Both the position numbers and the translations under genes were made by a program. From a virus: DNA of 64,000 bases. Of this stretch, positions 19,350 through 28,588 are shown piece after piece. The DNA is taken from the IMG/VR virus record IMGVR_UViG_3300045988_083604, positions 1-64,000 of that record. One strand, given 5' to 3'. The notes under the pieces were generated by a model that saw only the letters and a list, made by a program, of their open reading frames with translations, was not told where the DNA came from and made no database searches. The first letter of the stretch is position 1, and every line of letters starts with the position of its first letter.

Positions 19350-21400
19350 GGCTATTCAGTCGTAGACATCTCCGTCAGTACTTATAATGGGTCTCATTAG
19401 CCCATGTACGAAAGAAACTTGATCCGAGAATATGTTAACCTTCTCAAAAGGCGAGATCACTCAAAAGGTAGGATGAAATGTATTATATGTGAAAAGTATA
19501 ATATAAGTGGGGAGAGCGTTGTATTAACCCCAACAGCGTTATTGAGAACCGTCTGGCGAATAACGGCTTAGGAAGACGCGTAAGTCTCAAGAAGAGCAAA
19601 ACAATCCAGTAGCTAATACTCCTTGTAGTTTTGATGTAGACTACATTGGTAACTGAATACAAGTGTTGAAACATATGAAATTCCAAACTTCATATGATAC
19701 ATCATTGCTTAATCTAGTGTTCCACAGCTCCAAACTGTGTATGAAGGGATGAAAATTTTATTAGGGTGTAAGATAGGATAGAGAAGGACTTAGCAGGTAG
19801 TATGTGAGTCAGATCATACTATTGTCAGTTAGGCTAAGCTACGCAGTAAACGTAGTGTCCAGGGATAAATCTGTGCCGTTCGATTCGGCAACCTTTTGAG
19901 CCAAAGAAGGGTCCGGGGATGCAGTAAAGAGTTGAGGCTGAGAAAACTATCTGCTTACAATGAGATAAGACCGCCAGGCTTTGGTCGTTTATGCGGTATA
20001 TAAAAGTAAAATGACCAGATACGTGAAGCAAACTGTATAGCTCCCAGAGTCAGCGTTCATAGGACTGAGGGCAGGATTGTAATATAAGACATTAGCAATC
20101 TTATATTATATGAAATGTGGAATAAAGGTGATTACTTGACAATCAAAAACCACCATTTCGTATTTTATGGTTTAACATTAAATGCACATTTATAATATAA
20201 GCATAACACTCCAGTTATAACCTGAAAATTATAGATGCCTATAAAACATTTACAAAATTAGTATATACATATTCAATATAACATATAATATCTATTATCC
20301 TCTGTATAAAGAAAAAGAACCGTTAGGAATAATGATAGTTATTATATATAATAATAGTGCATATGTTATGAGTATAAGTAAATATACAAAATCGAGTATT
20401 GTAAGGTGTAGGAAAGAAGCTACATATCAAGTTCTAAAATAACATTTATTAACAAAAATTGATGTCCCCAGATAGTGAAAAACTTATGTTGTAAATAAGG
20501 AGTAATGAGGTCTGGAAGTTCGAGTGCCAACCGTTATGATAACCAGTGTAAAGTATACATCCGCAAGTGTATATGTACAGCTAAAGGTAGAATCAATACA
20601 GAAAACATAGTAGGCAGCATATTATTAAAATGAGAAATCATACTAGCAGTGCAAAAGCGTATGCCTGTGGGACGAACCCACCACGATCTACACTGTCTCT
20701 GTAGGGCGTGAAAATAATATGTGGGTGATAACATGTAAGTATGTACGGGGTTGAAATCCCTAATATTCGTGCACTATAAACAAAAGAGGTTTTTAGCAAG
20801 ATTTTCCATCGAATAATCACCGTAGAGTCGTAGATACCCCCTGAAGGCTAGACTGTCCGATAATGAAACGTTACTATTGATTATTCTGCTTACGTTTAAA
20901 AGGAAGAATAGTGGTTGATGCGCCTAAACAGTATCGTAAGACTGTACAGCATCGGGAGAATGTGTTTGTTGTTATTGGGAAATACACGACCAAGACATTC
21001 TCTATTTTTATTTTTGTTGGATAATACACATTATCTCAGCCAATGAACCCTCCGCGATTCCTGAAACATCAGAGCGTTGGACGGATGATGTGTATAAACT
21101 TTATTTCAAAAAATCTAGTTTTACTCTAAAAGATTTAGTATATGATATACAAAAGGTCATTCAAAGCTTTCCTATAGAGATATAGGATTAGTTGTATATA
21201 CTCATAAGAGGCTAAGCTGTTTCTACCGTTGAAACCCTCTTATGATGACTTACACGGAAAAGCGGTCAAAATAAAAGTTGACACCTTTATTTATAAATCT
21301 TGAGTATAAAAACTTTAAAGCTTTCTCTGAGCTGAGAGGAGAATAATATATAATTTATCGTGGGTGTAATCAAACACGATATCAAATAGGATAAATTATT
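19350..21400. other. about 2 kb ORF-free region: two helix-rich flanks around an AT-rich core; candidate large structured RNA(s) and/or origin
   Basis: Only short, non-overlapping ORFs (60-67 aa) in the ORF track. Many strong hairpins (catatgaa/ttcatatg, cataagagg/cctcttatg, atcgtg/cacgat, tgccg-ttcgatt-cggca). Group I R-like gtagactaca at 19636 and S-like tagtgtccag at 19851. Confidence 0.3.
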
Positions 21401-22009
21401 ATGGACAATAACAATGTAAATATCAATGTAAGATTAGTGGAAGACAATCGAGTAAATATCAGTAGTTTTGGTTCGCTTTATGGTAAGCGAATCTTTAAAG
21501 CAGTCAAACTCTCATGTGATCTTGACTTCCAAAAGCGTCTTCGTGACGCAAATGAGAATAATGGACTTGTAACCAACCGTGCTCCGCTGCGTTATAAGAT
21601 CGTACCTATTGACATAGTAGGTCTTGATCTTGACAAGGACGTTGACGGAACTAATGTAATTGTGATCAATAAGGGTCGCAAGGACGAGGCTGGTGAGTCT
21701 ATTGAGGTTCGTTGTCCAATTGACAACGAGAAGTTCACAAAGGATGTTACAACTGAGACTGTAACAGACGCGTTGAACAAGAAGGATTTTATTACTACAT
21801 ACTTCGCAAACGCAAAGAAGCTTGCTGAGGCACTGAATCCTGCAAATGCAACAGAGATGAACCGTATCGATGCTCTCATTCGAGATCTTGAGAAGCAGCG
21901 TAAGATGATCCAGGATACATTCGATAAGAATATTTCTGGTGTAAACGATTACTACCGTCAGCTCGATCAGAAGAAGAGCGAGGTACATGTAAATGTAACA
22001 GTTGACTAA
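21401..22009 (+). CDS. hypothetical protein, 202 aa, GC-richer codon usage
   Basis: ORF track; antisense shadow ORFs; stop overlaps the next start. Confidence 0.65.
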   Translation: MDNNNVNINVRLVEDNRVNISSFGSLYGKRIFKAVKLSCDLDFQKRLRDANENNGLVTNRAPLRYKIVPIDIVGLDLDKDVDGTNVIVINKGRKDEAGESIEVRCPIDNEKFTKDVTTETVTDALNKKDFITTYFANAKKLAEALNPANATEMNRIDALIRDLEKQRKMIQDTFDKNISGVNDYYRQLDQKKSEVHVNVTVD

Positions 22010-22536
22010 TGAAAAAGATTAGCCTTAAGAGCAAACTACAAATACAAATTCTTTTTTTGGACCCGACGATCAAACGGAACCTGATTGACGAGTCTAAAAA
22101 AGAATTATATAGTCGAATTACTATTAATGATGACGGATCTATCACTTTTGGAAAGACAGGGTGTCTTTGGTGGAATCGTCTTCTTGGTGATGAAATGACT
22201 ATATCTTTTGCAGATTTTGCAATTAAAACTGTAGCAGCTCTTGCAGGACAGGAACGTAATATCAACGATGTGATACTCAAAGGCTTGAGTGAGGAGGTAA
22301 TACGTAATGCTGTAATGCAAGATAAATACGACATGGTAGTCGATCGTTTATTTGATGCCGCAAGGTATGGTGTTAAAGGTCCTCTAAATACTGAGGGCTT
22401 CTCTGTAAGTGATAAAATAGATAAACACATTAAAATTGAAACCAAAGATGGTGTACGAGTAGCACGCTTGCCGGGATCAGGCGATCCCTTGTGCGAAATC
22501 AGAGTTGGTGTCAAGGGTGTTGATTTTTATGAATAG
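22009..22536 (+). CDS. hypothetical protein, 175 aa; terminates at TAG
   Basis: ORF track; a long antisense shadow ORF 21876..22514 was rejected. Confidence 0.6.
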   Translation: MKKISLKSKLQIQILFLDPTIKRNLIDESKKELYSRITINDDGSITFGKTGCLWWNRLLGDEMTISFADFAIKTVAALAGQERNINDVILKGLSEEVIRNAVMQDKYDMVVDRLFDAARYGVKGPLNTEGFSVSDKIDKHIKIETKDGVRVARLPGSGDPLCEIRVGVKGVDFYE

Positions 22537-22631
22537 TTATTTTGTAGGTTAAACAGGCGTTTGATTACAAATCTTACATACTATTATATATTCACTTTAG
22601 TGTTGGGGCACATAGTACCCCGACTCAATTA

Positions 22632-23158
22632 ACCTTCATGGCGGAATTGGTAGACGCTTTGGACTTATTAAACCTTAGTAATAAGGAATTTGAGTGCCCT
22701 ATGAGAAATCATAGGAGTAGAATCTCCCTAATCAAACAGTTGCTATGAAATCAACTGCGACAGAAGCCTCGCTTATGGTGACATAAGCTTTGGTGATGAC
22801 GAGCTAAATTGAAACAATATAAAATGATTAGTATTTCCCGAGACCGGTCAAGAAATATTAATAAGTTTGAATACAAAGTTTTATAATTCATAAATGTGTA
22901 GAGACTATAGAGGAGATGCCTAAGTTTAAGTATACAAATATGTATTACTTAAATATGGTAATAAAATAGTCCAGACCACAAAAACTTACATGAAAGGTAT
23001 TTCACTATAATCATTACTAAATGTGTTAAGTACTGTAACTTCATGCTAGCGTTGAACGTAATGAGTAGGACGTAAGTAAGTTTGCTTGTGTAAAAGCAAG
23101 TGTGGTAAGAAAATCCAATGACCATACGGTCGTGCGGGTTCGATCCCCGCTGGAGGTA
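22632..23158 (+). tRNA. tRNA-Leu(UAA) interrupted by a group I intron between anticodon positions 34 and 35
   Basis: 5' exon accttca-tg-gcggaattggtagacgc-t-ttgga-ctT. 3' exon AAaa-tccaa-tgaccatacggtcgt-gcggg-ttcgatc-cccgc-tggaggt-a. Acceptor 7 bp, anticodon stem ttgga/tccaa, class II variable arm gacc-atac-ggtc. Confidence 0.85.
22667..23109 (+). ncRNA. group I intron, about 443 nt, without an ORF
   Basis: Follows U34 and ends in G. R-like gtgtagagactatag (22896-22910) and S-like aatagtcc (22965-22972) give P7 gacta/tagtc. GUAA-capped hairpin cctta-gtaa-taagg near the 5' end. Confidence 0.75.
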
Positions 23159-23218
23159 CGATATTTTAGGAAACATTATTATTTATTATTACTATTTATT
23201 ATTTTGTTGAGTTTGTAA

Positions 23219-23249
23219 CTCTTCGGTTTGTGAAAATAGAAGAGTTTTT
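23219..23249 (+). terminator. conserved-loop hairpin plus T-tract (family member 4)
   Basis: Stem ctcttc/gaagag, loop ggtttgtgaaaata, then ttttt. Confidence 0.6.
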
Positions 23250-23250
23250 A

Positions 23251-23335
23251 CGGTGTGTTACAACAATCAAATAATCATTTGTTTACTGTTTCTCAATTTT
23301 GTAGGTAACATGAGGTGCAAGTCCTCACACACCGA
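23251..23335 (+). ncRNA. 85-nt tRNA-like element with an irregular anticodon arm
   Basis: Acceptor cggtgtg/cacaccg 7 bp; D stem acaa/ttgt with a 15-nt loop; T arm tgagg-tgcaagt-cctca; the central arm has a 10-14 nt loop containing ttCTCaa. Confidence 0.35.
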
Positions 23336-23395
23336 CTAGGTAAACGATTTTTTTCAAATTCATATCAATATGTTTAATTTAAATCAAATCGAAAT

Positions 23396-23950
23396 ATGAA
23401 TAAGAACAAATCAATGAAATTAAGCTCAAAGGATATCATTATTGCTCGTGATAACATTTGTAAGACAAAGACAAAGTATTGGCGTATTATACGTTCAGAG
23501 AACGTTATAAGTAAGAAGGCTAAGGCAGCCGGAATGGGTTCAGGTTTTGACCTAACACAATTGCATAATGAGATTCTTCAAATGTCTAATACACTCATTA
23601 AGATTAAACTTATGTTAAATGCTATTAATAATGGCATTAAGGAGTTTAACTTTGAGGAGGCTAAGAAGACACATTATTATACAATTTACGCAGCTTGTGA
23701 GAAGAAAGAGCAACTTGCACATTGGGAAGAGATTCTCAAGAAGAGTACAATTAATCCAGCTACGAAAGCTAAAGCTGGAACAAAGGGTACTGGAAAAATA
23801 GAGACGTTTACATCAGCTAAGATTACTGCAATAAAGAAGAAGTTGCAGCTTGAGATAAACAAGCTTGATGCTGATATTGCTAAGTTTAATAATGAGGCAA
23901 GTCTCGAAACATCAGATATTGATGATATTAAGCATTATTTTACAGCTTAA
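23396..23950 (+). CDS. hypothetical helical protein, 184 aa
   Basis: ORF track. Confidence 0.6.
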   Translation: MNKNKSMKLSSKDIIIARDNICKTKTKYWRIIRSENVISKKAKAAGMGSGFDLTQLHNEILQMSNTLIKIKLMLNAINNGIKEFNFEEAKKTHYYTIYAACEKKEQLAHWEEILKKSTINPATKAKAGTKGTGKIETFTSAKITAIKKKLQLEINKLDADIAKFNNEASLETSDIDDIKHYFTA

Positions 23951-24101
23951 ATAACATATAAATGCCTTATGAATATGGTCAGCACATAGATGCACAGGGT
24001 CGGGTCCTGTTATGGCAACAATTAAAATAAGACGATTTAAGCATATATAATATTATTCTGGATAGTTTTATCATCAGAGTAATTAAAACGCGTTAAAACG
24101 C

Positions 24102-24971
24102 ATGAAAACACGCTTAAAATCAATTTTTTTAACCATTAAAAGCATAATCAATATGAAAAAGAATAATATAAGTAAGAACCTCAAGAAAGTAGATATAAAT
24201 ACACAAATAGTAAAACGTTTTGACAATTTTTGCACAACCAAAAGAGCAGAAAATCTCGTTATAGATGTGGATAGACTTGGAATACAAGACTTGTTAAAGA
24301 AATATGGTCTTAAATATCTTACTAAATTAAGACCTTTTGGTTCAGAATACACAATACGACAATTTATAAGAATGCGTATGGAGAAGATTGGAATAAATCA
24401 TAATTATACGCATATTTATAACGGTGTATTCACTCCAAGAAAGGATTTGAATACAAAACTTCCATGGAATCTGACTAAAGAGGAGATTAATATGATATGG
24501 AAGAAACGAGAAAATGCTTTCAAATTAGGATATGCAGAGCGTTTGCATATGCTTGAGGATCATAAAGTTGATAAATGGGAGGAGAAACATCGTCCCACAT
24601 TTGAGGAGTTGAAACAGGATTTATTCCCCAGAGCACTATTACAAGGTTTTTTCGACCTTCGAGACAAAAAACGAGAGATTATACGAGAGGATTTAGCTGG
24701 AAAGTATCCTCCGAAGAATAGTTGTGTTGTTACTGTAAGATTTTATAGTGACGATGGAACTGTTATAAATGAAAAAGTATTCGGACATTTATATGATCCG
24801 ACAAACATAATAAACACACGTCCTAGTTATTATACTGTTCAGAAGAAAAGTGAACGAATTAAATCAGTCGCTACTAAGCTTAAAAATAGAGCTGTTGCTA
24901 TATTTGGAGACGATTTAATTTGTTTAAAGGTATTCTGTCATAATAGTAATGACGTAGGAATGTGGGTTTAA
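24102..24971 (+). CDS. hypothetical protein, about 275-289 aa
   Basis: ORF track; alternative start MKKNNISK at about 24144. Confidence 0.6.
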   Translation: MKTRLKSIFLTIKSIINMKKNNISKNLKKVDINTQIVKRFDNFCTTKRAENLVIDVDRLGIQDLLKKYGLKYLTKLRPFGSEYTIRQFIRMRMEKIGINHNYTHIYNGVFTPRKDLNTKLPWNLTKEEINMIWKKRENAFKLGYAERLHMLEDHKVDKWEEKHRPTFEELKQDLFPRALLQGFFDLRDKKREIIREDLAGKYPPKNSCVVTVRFYSDDGTVINEKVFGHLYDPTNIINTRPSYYTVQKKSERIKSVATKLKNRAVAIFGDDLICLKVFCHNSNDVGMWV

Positions 24972-24997
24972 CAATCTAGACCGACCTTGCGGTTGGA

Positions 24998-25114
24998 ACC
25001 CTATTTTCACATCTCACATAATGTTGTTCTTGCAAATCAGTGGATTCGCAGTTGCATAATTTTGAATTCAGTACCGAGAAGGGTGAACATCAGGTTCGAG
25101 TCCTGAATAGGGAA
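24998..25114 (+). ncRNA. Y-shaped tRNA-like element (acceptor, T arm and one long insert arm)
   Basis: Acceptor ccctat/ataggg; T arm tcagg-ttcgagt-cctga. Helix ttcac(25006-25010)/gtgaa(25084-25088) abuts both and replaces the D and anticodon arms. Confidence 0.3.
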
Positions 25115-25140
25115 CAATATTAACTAAGAATCATAGAATC

Positions 25141-27051
25141 ATGGTAATACACAATAAAACAGTCATGATTTACGATATCGAAGTTTTTCCTAACACATTT
25201 CATTGTGTATTATTAAATACAGATAATGAGGAATTATATAAGTTTGAAATATCTGAAAGAAAAAATCAAATACGAGAACTTGTACAATTCTTTACAAATC
25301 CTAAATATTTATTATGTGGATATAATAACAAACACTACGATGATGTTATTATTAATTACATTATAGATTATATAGACGAAATGCTTTGTAAAAGTATATA
25401 TGATGTAACATTATCTTTATTTAATTTATCACAGACGATAATTAATTTGGAAGACGGAAATATTAGTAAAATCAAAAGATGGAAATATGCTAATTATTTC
25501 GAATCAATGGATCTGCTCACAATGATGTTTAGTTCAAAACTTCGTGTTGGATTAAAATCAATGCAGATAACAATGCAATATCAGAATGTACAAGAATATT
25601 CTGGAGATTTTGGTAGTTTTTTACCGAAAGATAAAATTGATGAGATGATTAGTTACAACATTAACGATGTAAAATCGACATATTCACTTTTTAATTATCT
25701 TGTTAAAAATGGAGATATCGATTTGAGATTGTTTATAGAACAAGAGTACGGTTTTAACGCCCTGTCAATGGACAGTGTTAAGTTTGGAGAAACATTGATA
25801 GCTAAAAAAGTTTGTGAGGAATTACACATAAACAAAAGACAACTAGAACAAATGCGATCTCCAATGGACAACATACCATTGAAGGACGTTATATTACCGT
25901 TTATACGATATAAAAATCCAAAGTTTCAGGAAGCTTTAGAAGATATGAAAAAACAAGTAGTATCTTCTAAAAACAAAAAACCTGGAGAAAAAAACTACGA
26001 GAACAAGTTTGTCGTCTCGGGTGTACGATATTCGATTGGTGTTGGCGGAATTCATTCATTGAATGAACCACGAATATACGTTCCTAAAGAAGATGAATAT
26101 TTGGGTCACTTAGATGTGGCTTCAATGTATCCGTCATTCATCGTGCGCTATGGGTGGTTTCCTAGGCACTTAGGTAAAGCAGGTCTGGCTGTATATACTC
26201 AAATATACCATGAGAGAATACAAGCCAAACATAGCGGACAGAAACAAAAGAATTTAGCACTAAAGCTAACTTTAAATTCTGTCACAGGAAAAATGCAACA
26301 AGAGACTAGTTGGATGTACGATCCATTTAGTGTGTTTAAGATCAGGATAAACGGGCAATTAATCCTACTAATGTTGGCAGATTTATTACTACAACATTCT
26401 TGTGAGATTGTGCAAGTAAACACTGATGGTGTAATGTTTATTGCTAAAAAGGCGTACAAAGATGCTATAATGGAATCGGTAGCTAAACTTGAGCAATTAA
26501 CAAAACTCTCTTTTGAAGCAGATAGCTATGAAGCGTTTTATCAGTTCGCTGTCAACGACTACTTTGGTGTGGTTGACGGATTTTCTCAATCTAGAAATCC
26601 AAAACTGATAGAAAAAAAAGGTATGTTTATAACAGAACCTGTGTTGGGTAAAGGATTAGCACCAACCATTATCCCAGAGGCTGTTATAAACTACTTTGTA
26701 TATAACATTCCAGTAGAAGATACAATACATAATTGTAACGATATACGTAAATTCTTAATGTCTCAACGAGTAGATAGAAAATTTAAAGTTGAGTATGACG
26801 ATAAATATATACAAAGAATTAATCGCTGGTATGCTAGTACAAATGGATGTTATCTATATACAGTAGATGAATCTAAAACACCTGTAAAATACTCAAATCT
26901 ATTAAAGAAGAGTGGTGTTACGATTTTAAATTACATAGATGACATATCCACAAAAAACAGAAAAATTAACTACCCTTACTATATAAGTGAGGCACGAAAA
27001 ATAATAGATCAATTGGTATGTAGACAATTAGATCTATTCCAGTCTTGTTAA
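25141..27051 (+). CDS. family B DNA polymerase
   Basis: Exo I YDIEVF, Exo II GYNNKHYD, Exo III YNINDV, motif A LDVASMYPS, motif B KLTLNSVTGK, motif C VNTDGV. Confidence 0.85.
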   Translation: MVIHNKTVMIYDIEVFPNTFHCVLLNTDNEELYKFEISERKNQIRELVQFFTNPKYLLCGYNNKHYDDVIINYIIDYIDEMLCKSIYDVTLSLFNLSQTIINLEDGNISKIKRWKYANYFESMDLLTMMFSSKLRVGLKSMQITMQYQNVQEYSGDFGSFLPKDKIDEMISYNINDVKSTYSLFNYLVKNGDIDLRLFIEQEYGFNALSMDSVKFGETLIAKKVCEELHINKRQLEQMRSPMDNIPLKDVILPFIRYKNPKFQEALEDMKKQVVSSKNKKPGEKNYENKFVVSGVRYSIGVGGIHSLNEPRIYVPKEDEYLGHLDVASMYPSFIVRYGWFPRHLGKAGLAVYTQIYHERIQAKHSGQKQKNLALKLTLNSVTGKMQQETSWMYDPFSVFKIRINGQLILLMLADLLLQHSCEIVQVNTDGVMFIAKKAYKDAIMESVAKLEQLTKLSFEADSYEAFYQFAVNDYFGVVDGFSQSRNPKLIEKKGMFITEPVLGKGLAPTIIPEAVINYFVYNIPVEDTIHNCNDIRKFLMSQRVDRKFKVEYDDKYIQRINRWYASTNGCYLYTVDESKTPVKYSNLLKKSGVTILNYIDDISTKNRKINYPYYISEARKIIDQLVCRQLDLFQSC

Positions 27052-27067
27052 CCAAAGAGTATAAGAG

Positions 27068-27637
27068 ATGATAGTAGAATTAAATACTAAACTTCTGGAA
27101 CTTCCAGAAAAAATCAATTTGAATCAGTTAGTATTCCTTAGTATGGTATTGAATAAGAATCAAAGTACATATGATCAAGACGTTCGCAAGTTAGTCAGCC
27201 TTATGCGTGACGACGAAATATCATACTTAATCGAGCAGGGTTTGGTTACTTCGATGGAGAGAAGTAAATCTATACTATATAAAGCAAGTCAAAAACTTGA
27301 AGACTTTATGGAACCTCCTAAAGATCTATTTGACTTGTTTTATGAAATGTATCCTATATATGTCTTACGTTCTGACGGAAGTAAATCTTTCTTAAGGACA
27401 AATAAAAACAAATGTCGTAACCTTTATAATATACTTACGGGAGGTAATAACGCAATGTGTGAACATATTAATAAATGTTTACAGTTTGAAATCGATAAAA
27501 AGATGAAAACTGGAAAGATGTGTTATATGAAAACAATGTTGCGGTGGTTACAAGATAGACAATGGGAAACCTCAGACGAAGAAATGAACAATACAGAACA
27601 AACAAAACAGAACAGTTATGGAACAGAGTTGTTTTAA
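27068..27637 (+). CDS. putative replication initiation/helicase-loading protein (DnaD / Phg_2220_C-like C-terminus)
   Basis: FYEMYPIY...MLRWLQDRQWE pattern upstream of and overlapping the helicase gene; by eye only. Confidence 0.4.
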   Translation: MIVELNTKLLELPEKINLNQLVFLSMVLNKNQSTYDQDVRKLVSLMRDDEISYLIEQGLVTSMERSKSILYKASQKLEDFMEPPKDLFDLFYEMYPIYVLRSDGSKSFLRTNKNKCRNLYNILTGGNNAMCEHINKCLQFEIDKKMKTGKMCYMKTMLRWLQDRQWETSDEEMNNTEQTKQNSYGTELF

Positions 27638-28568
27638 ATTAAAAATTAGACCAATATCTGTCGTAACTGATGAAGCATTAAGTTATATAAAAGCTAGAAA
27701 AGATAATGATATAACATCATTAGCTACTAGGTGGAATAAGCTTAATATGTGTTGTATGGGAGGTATTGAACCAAATTGTGTATATACAATAGCGGGTATT
27801 TCTGGAAGTGGTAAGAGTTCATTTGCAAATCTTATCGCTACTGATTTAATTGATTATAATCCAAAGGTTAACACTATTGTTTTGGCGTTTTCATTAGAAA
27901 TGGTTGGATTTAGGCAAATCGGAAGAACGCTTTCTAATAAGTTACGGAAAACGACTTCTTATTTGTATAGTTCTCAACAGAACCTAGACGATTCTACATT
28001 TGAACAAGTCGTCAATGTTTCCAATCAAATCAGGAATTATCCTATTTATTTTGTGGATGATCCTGGTACACCTGAACAAATAGATGAAACAATTCAAGCT
28101 TTTTATTCAAAGTATGTAAAAGGGCAAAATAAGCATTTTGTAATCATGTATGATCACACTTTGCTTACTAAACGTATAGGAAGTGCTATCGAGACTTTAA
28201 GTGCATTACAAGAAGTTTTCATTAGAACTAAAAAATTGCCTTTGACATCTATTATACAGTTGTCACAAATGAATAGAAGGATTGAAGAACCTGAAAGGAT
28301 TAATAACCCTGCTTCTCATTACCCTATGAGAAGTGATTTATCATCATCTGATTCAATATTTCAAGCTAGTGATTACGTGCTTGTTATACATAGACCTGAG
28401 ATATTAGGAATTCAAGAGTACGGTCCAAATCGTTTACCTACTACAGACAAGGTATATATTCACATCTTAAAGAATAGAGATGCTGGAAAACCTTGTATTT
28501 TGCAATTTGAAAACGACCTTGCTTTTAATAACTTGATAGAATCAGAAATTGTTTCAGATATTAATTAA
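27618..28568 (+). CDS. DnaB-like replicative helicase (RecA-type C-terminal domain)
   Basis: Walker A GISGSGKSSF, Walker B-like FVIMYDHT, SQMNRR arginine-finger region. Confidence 0.7.
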   Translation: MEQSCFKLKIRPISVVTDEALSYIKARKDNDITSLATRWNKLNMCCMGGIEPNCVYTIAGISGSGKSSFANLIATDLIDYNPKVNTIVLAFSLEMVGFRQIGRTLSNKLRKTTSYLYSSQQNLDDSTFEQVVNVSNQIRNYPIYFVDDPGTPEQIDETIQAFYSKYVKGQNKHFVIMYDHTLLTKRIGSAIETLSALQEVFIRTKKLPLTSIIQLSQMNRRIEEPERINNPASHYPMRSDLSSSDSIFQASDYVLVIHRPEILGIQEYGPNRLPTTDKVYIHILKNRDAGKPCILQFENDLAFNNLIESEIVSDIN

Positions 28569-28588
28569 CATTTTAAAGGCTGAAAATT

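Noticed and set aside
19873-19889. T-arm-like hairpin tgccg-ttcgatt-cggca as the end of a tRNA
   Set aside because: There is no convincing acceptor partner. The only match is an AT-rich aaaaggt about 400 nt upstream, with no D arm.
21512-22514. Minus-strand ORFs of 158, 95 and 212 aa
   Set aside because: They are antisense shadows of the codon-biased plus-strand genes 21401..22009 and 22009..22536. Their products are low-complexity Ser/Leu/Arg-rich sequences.
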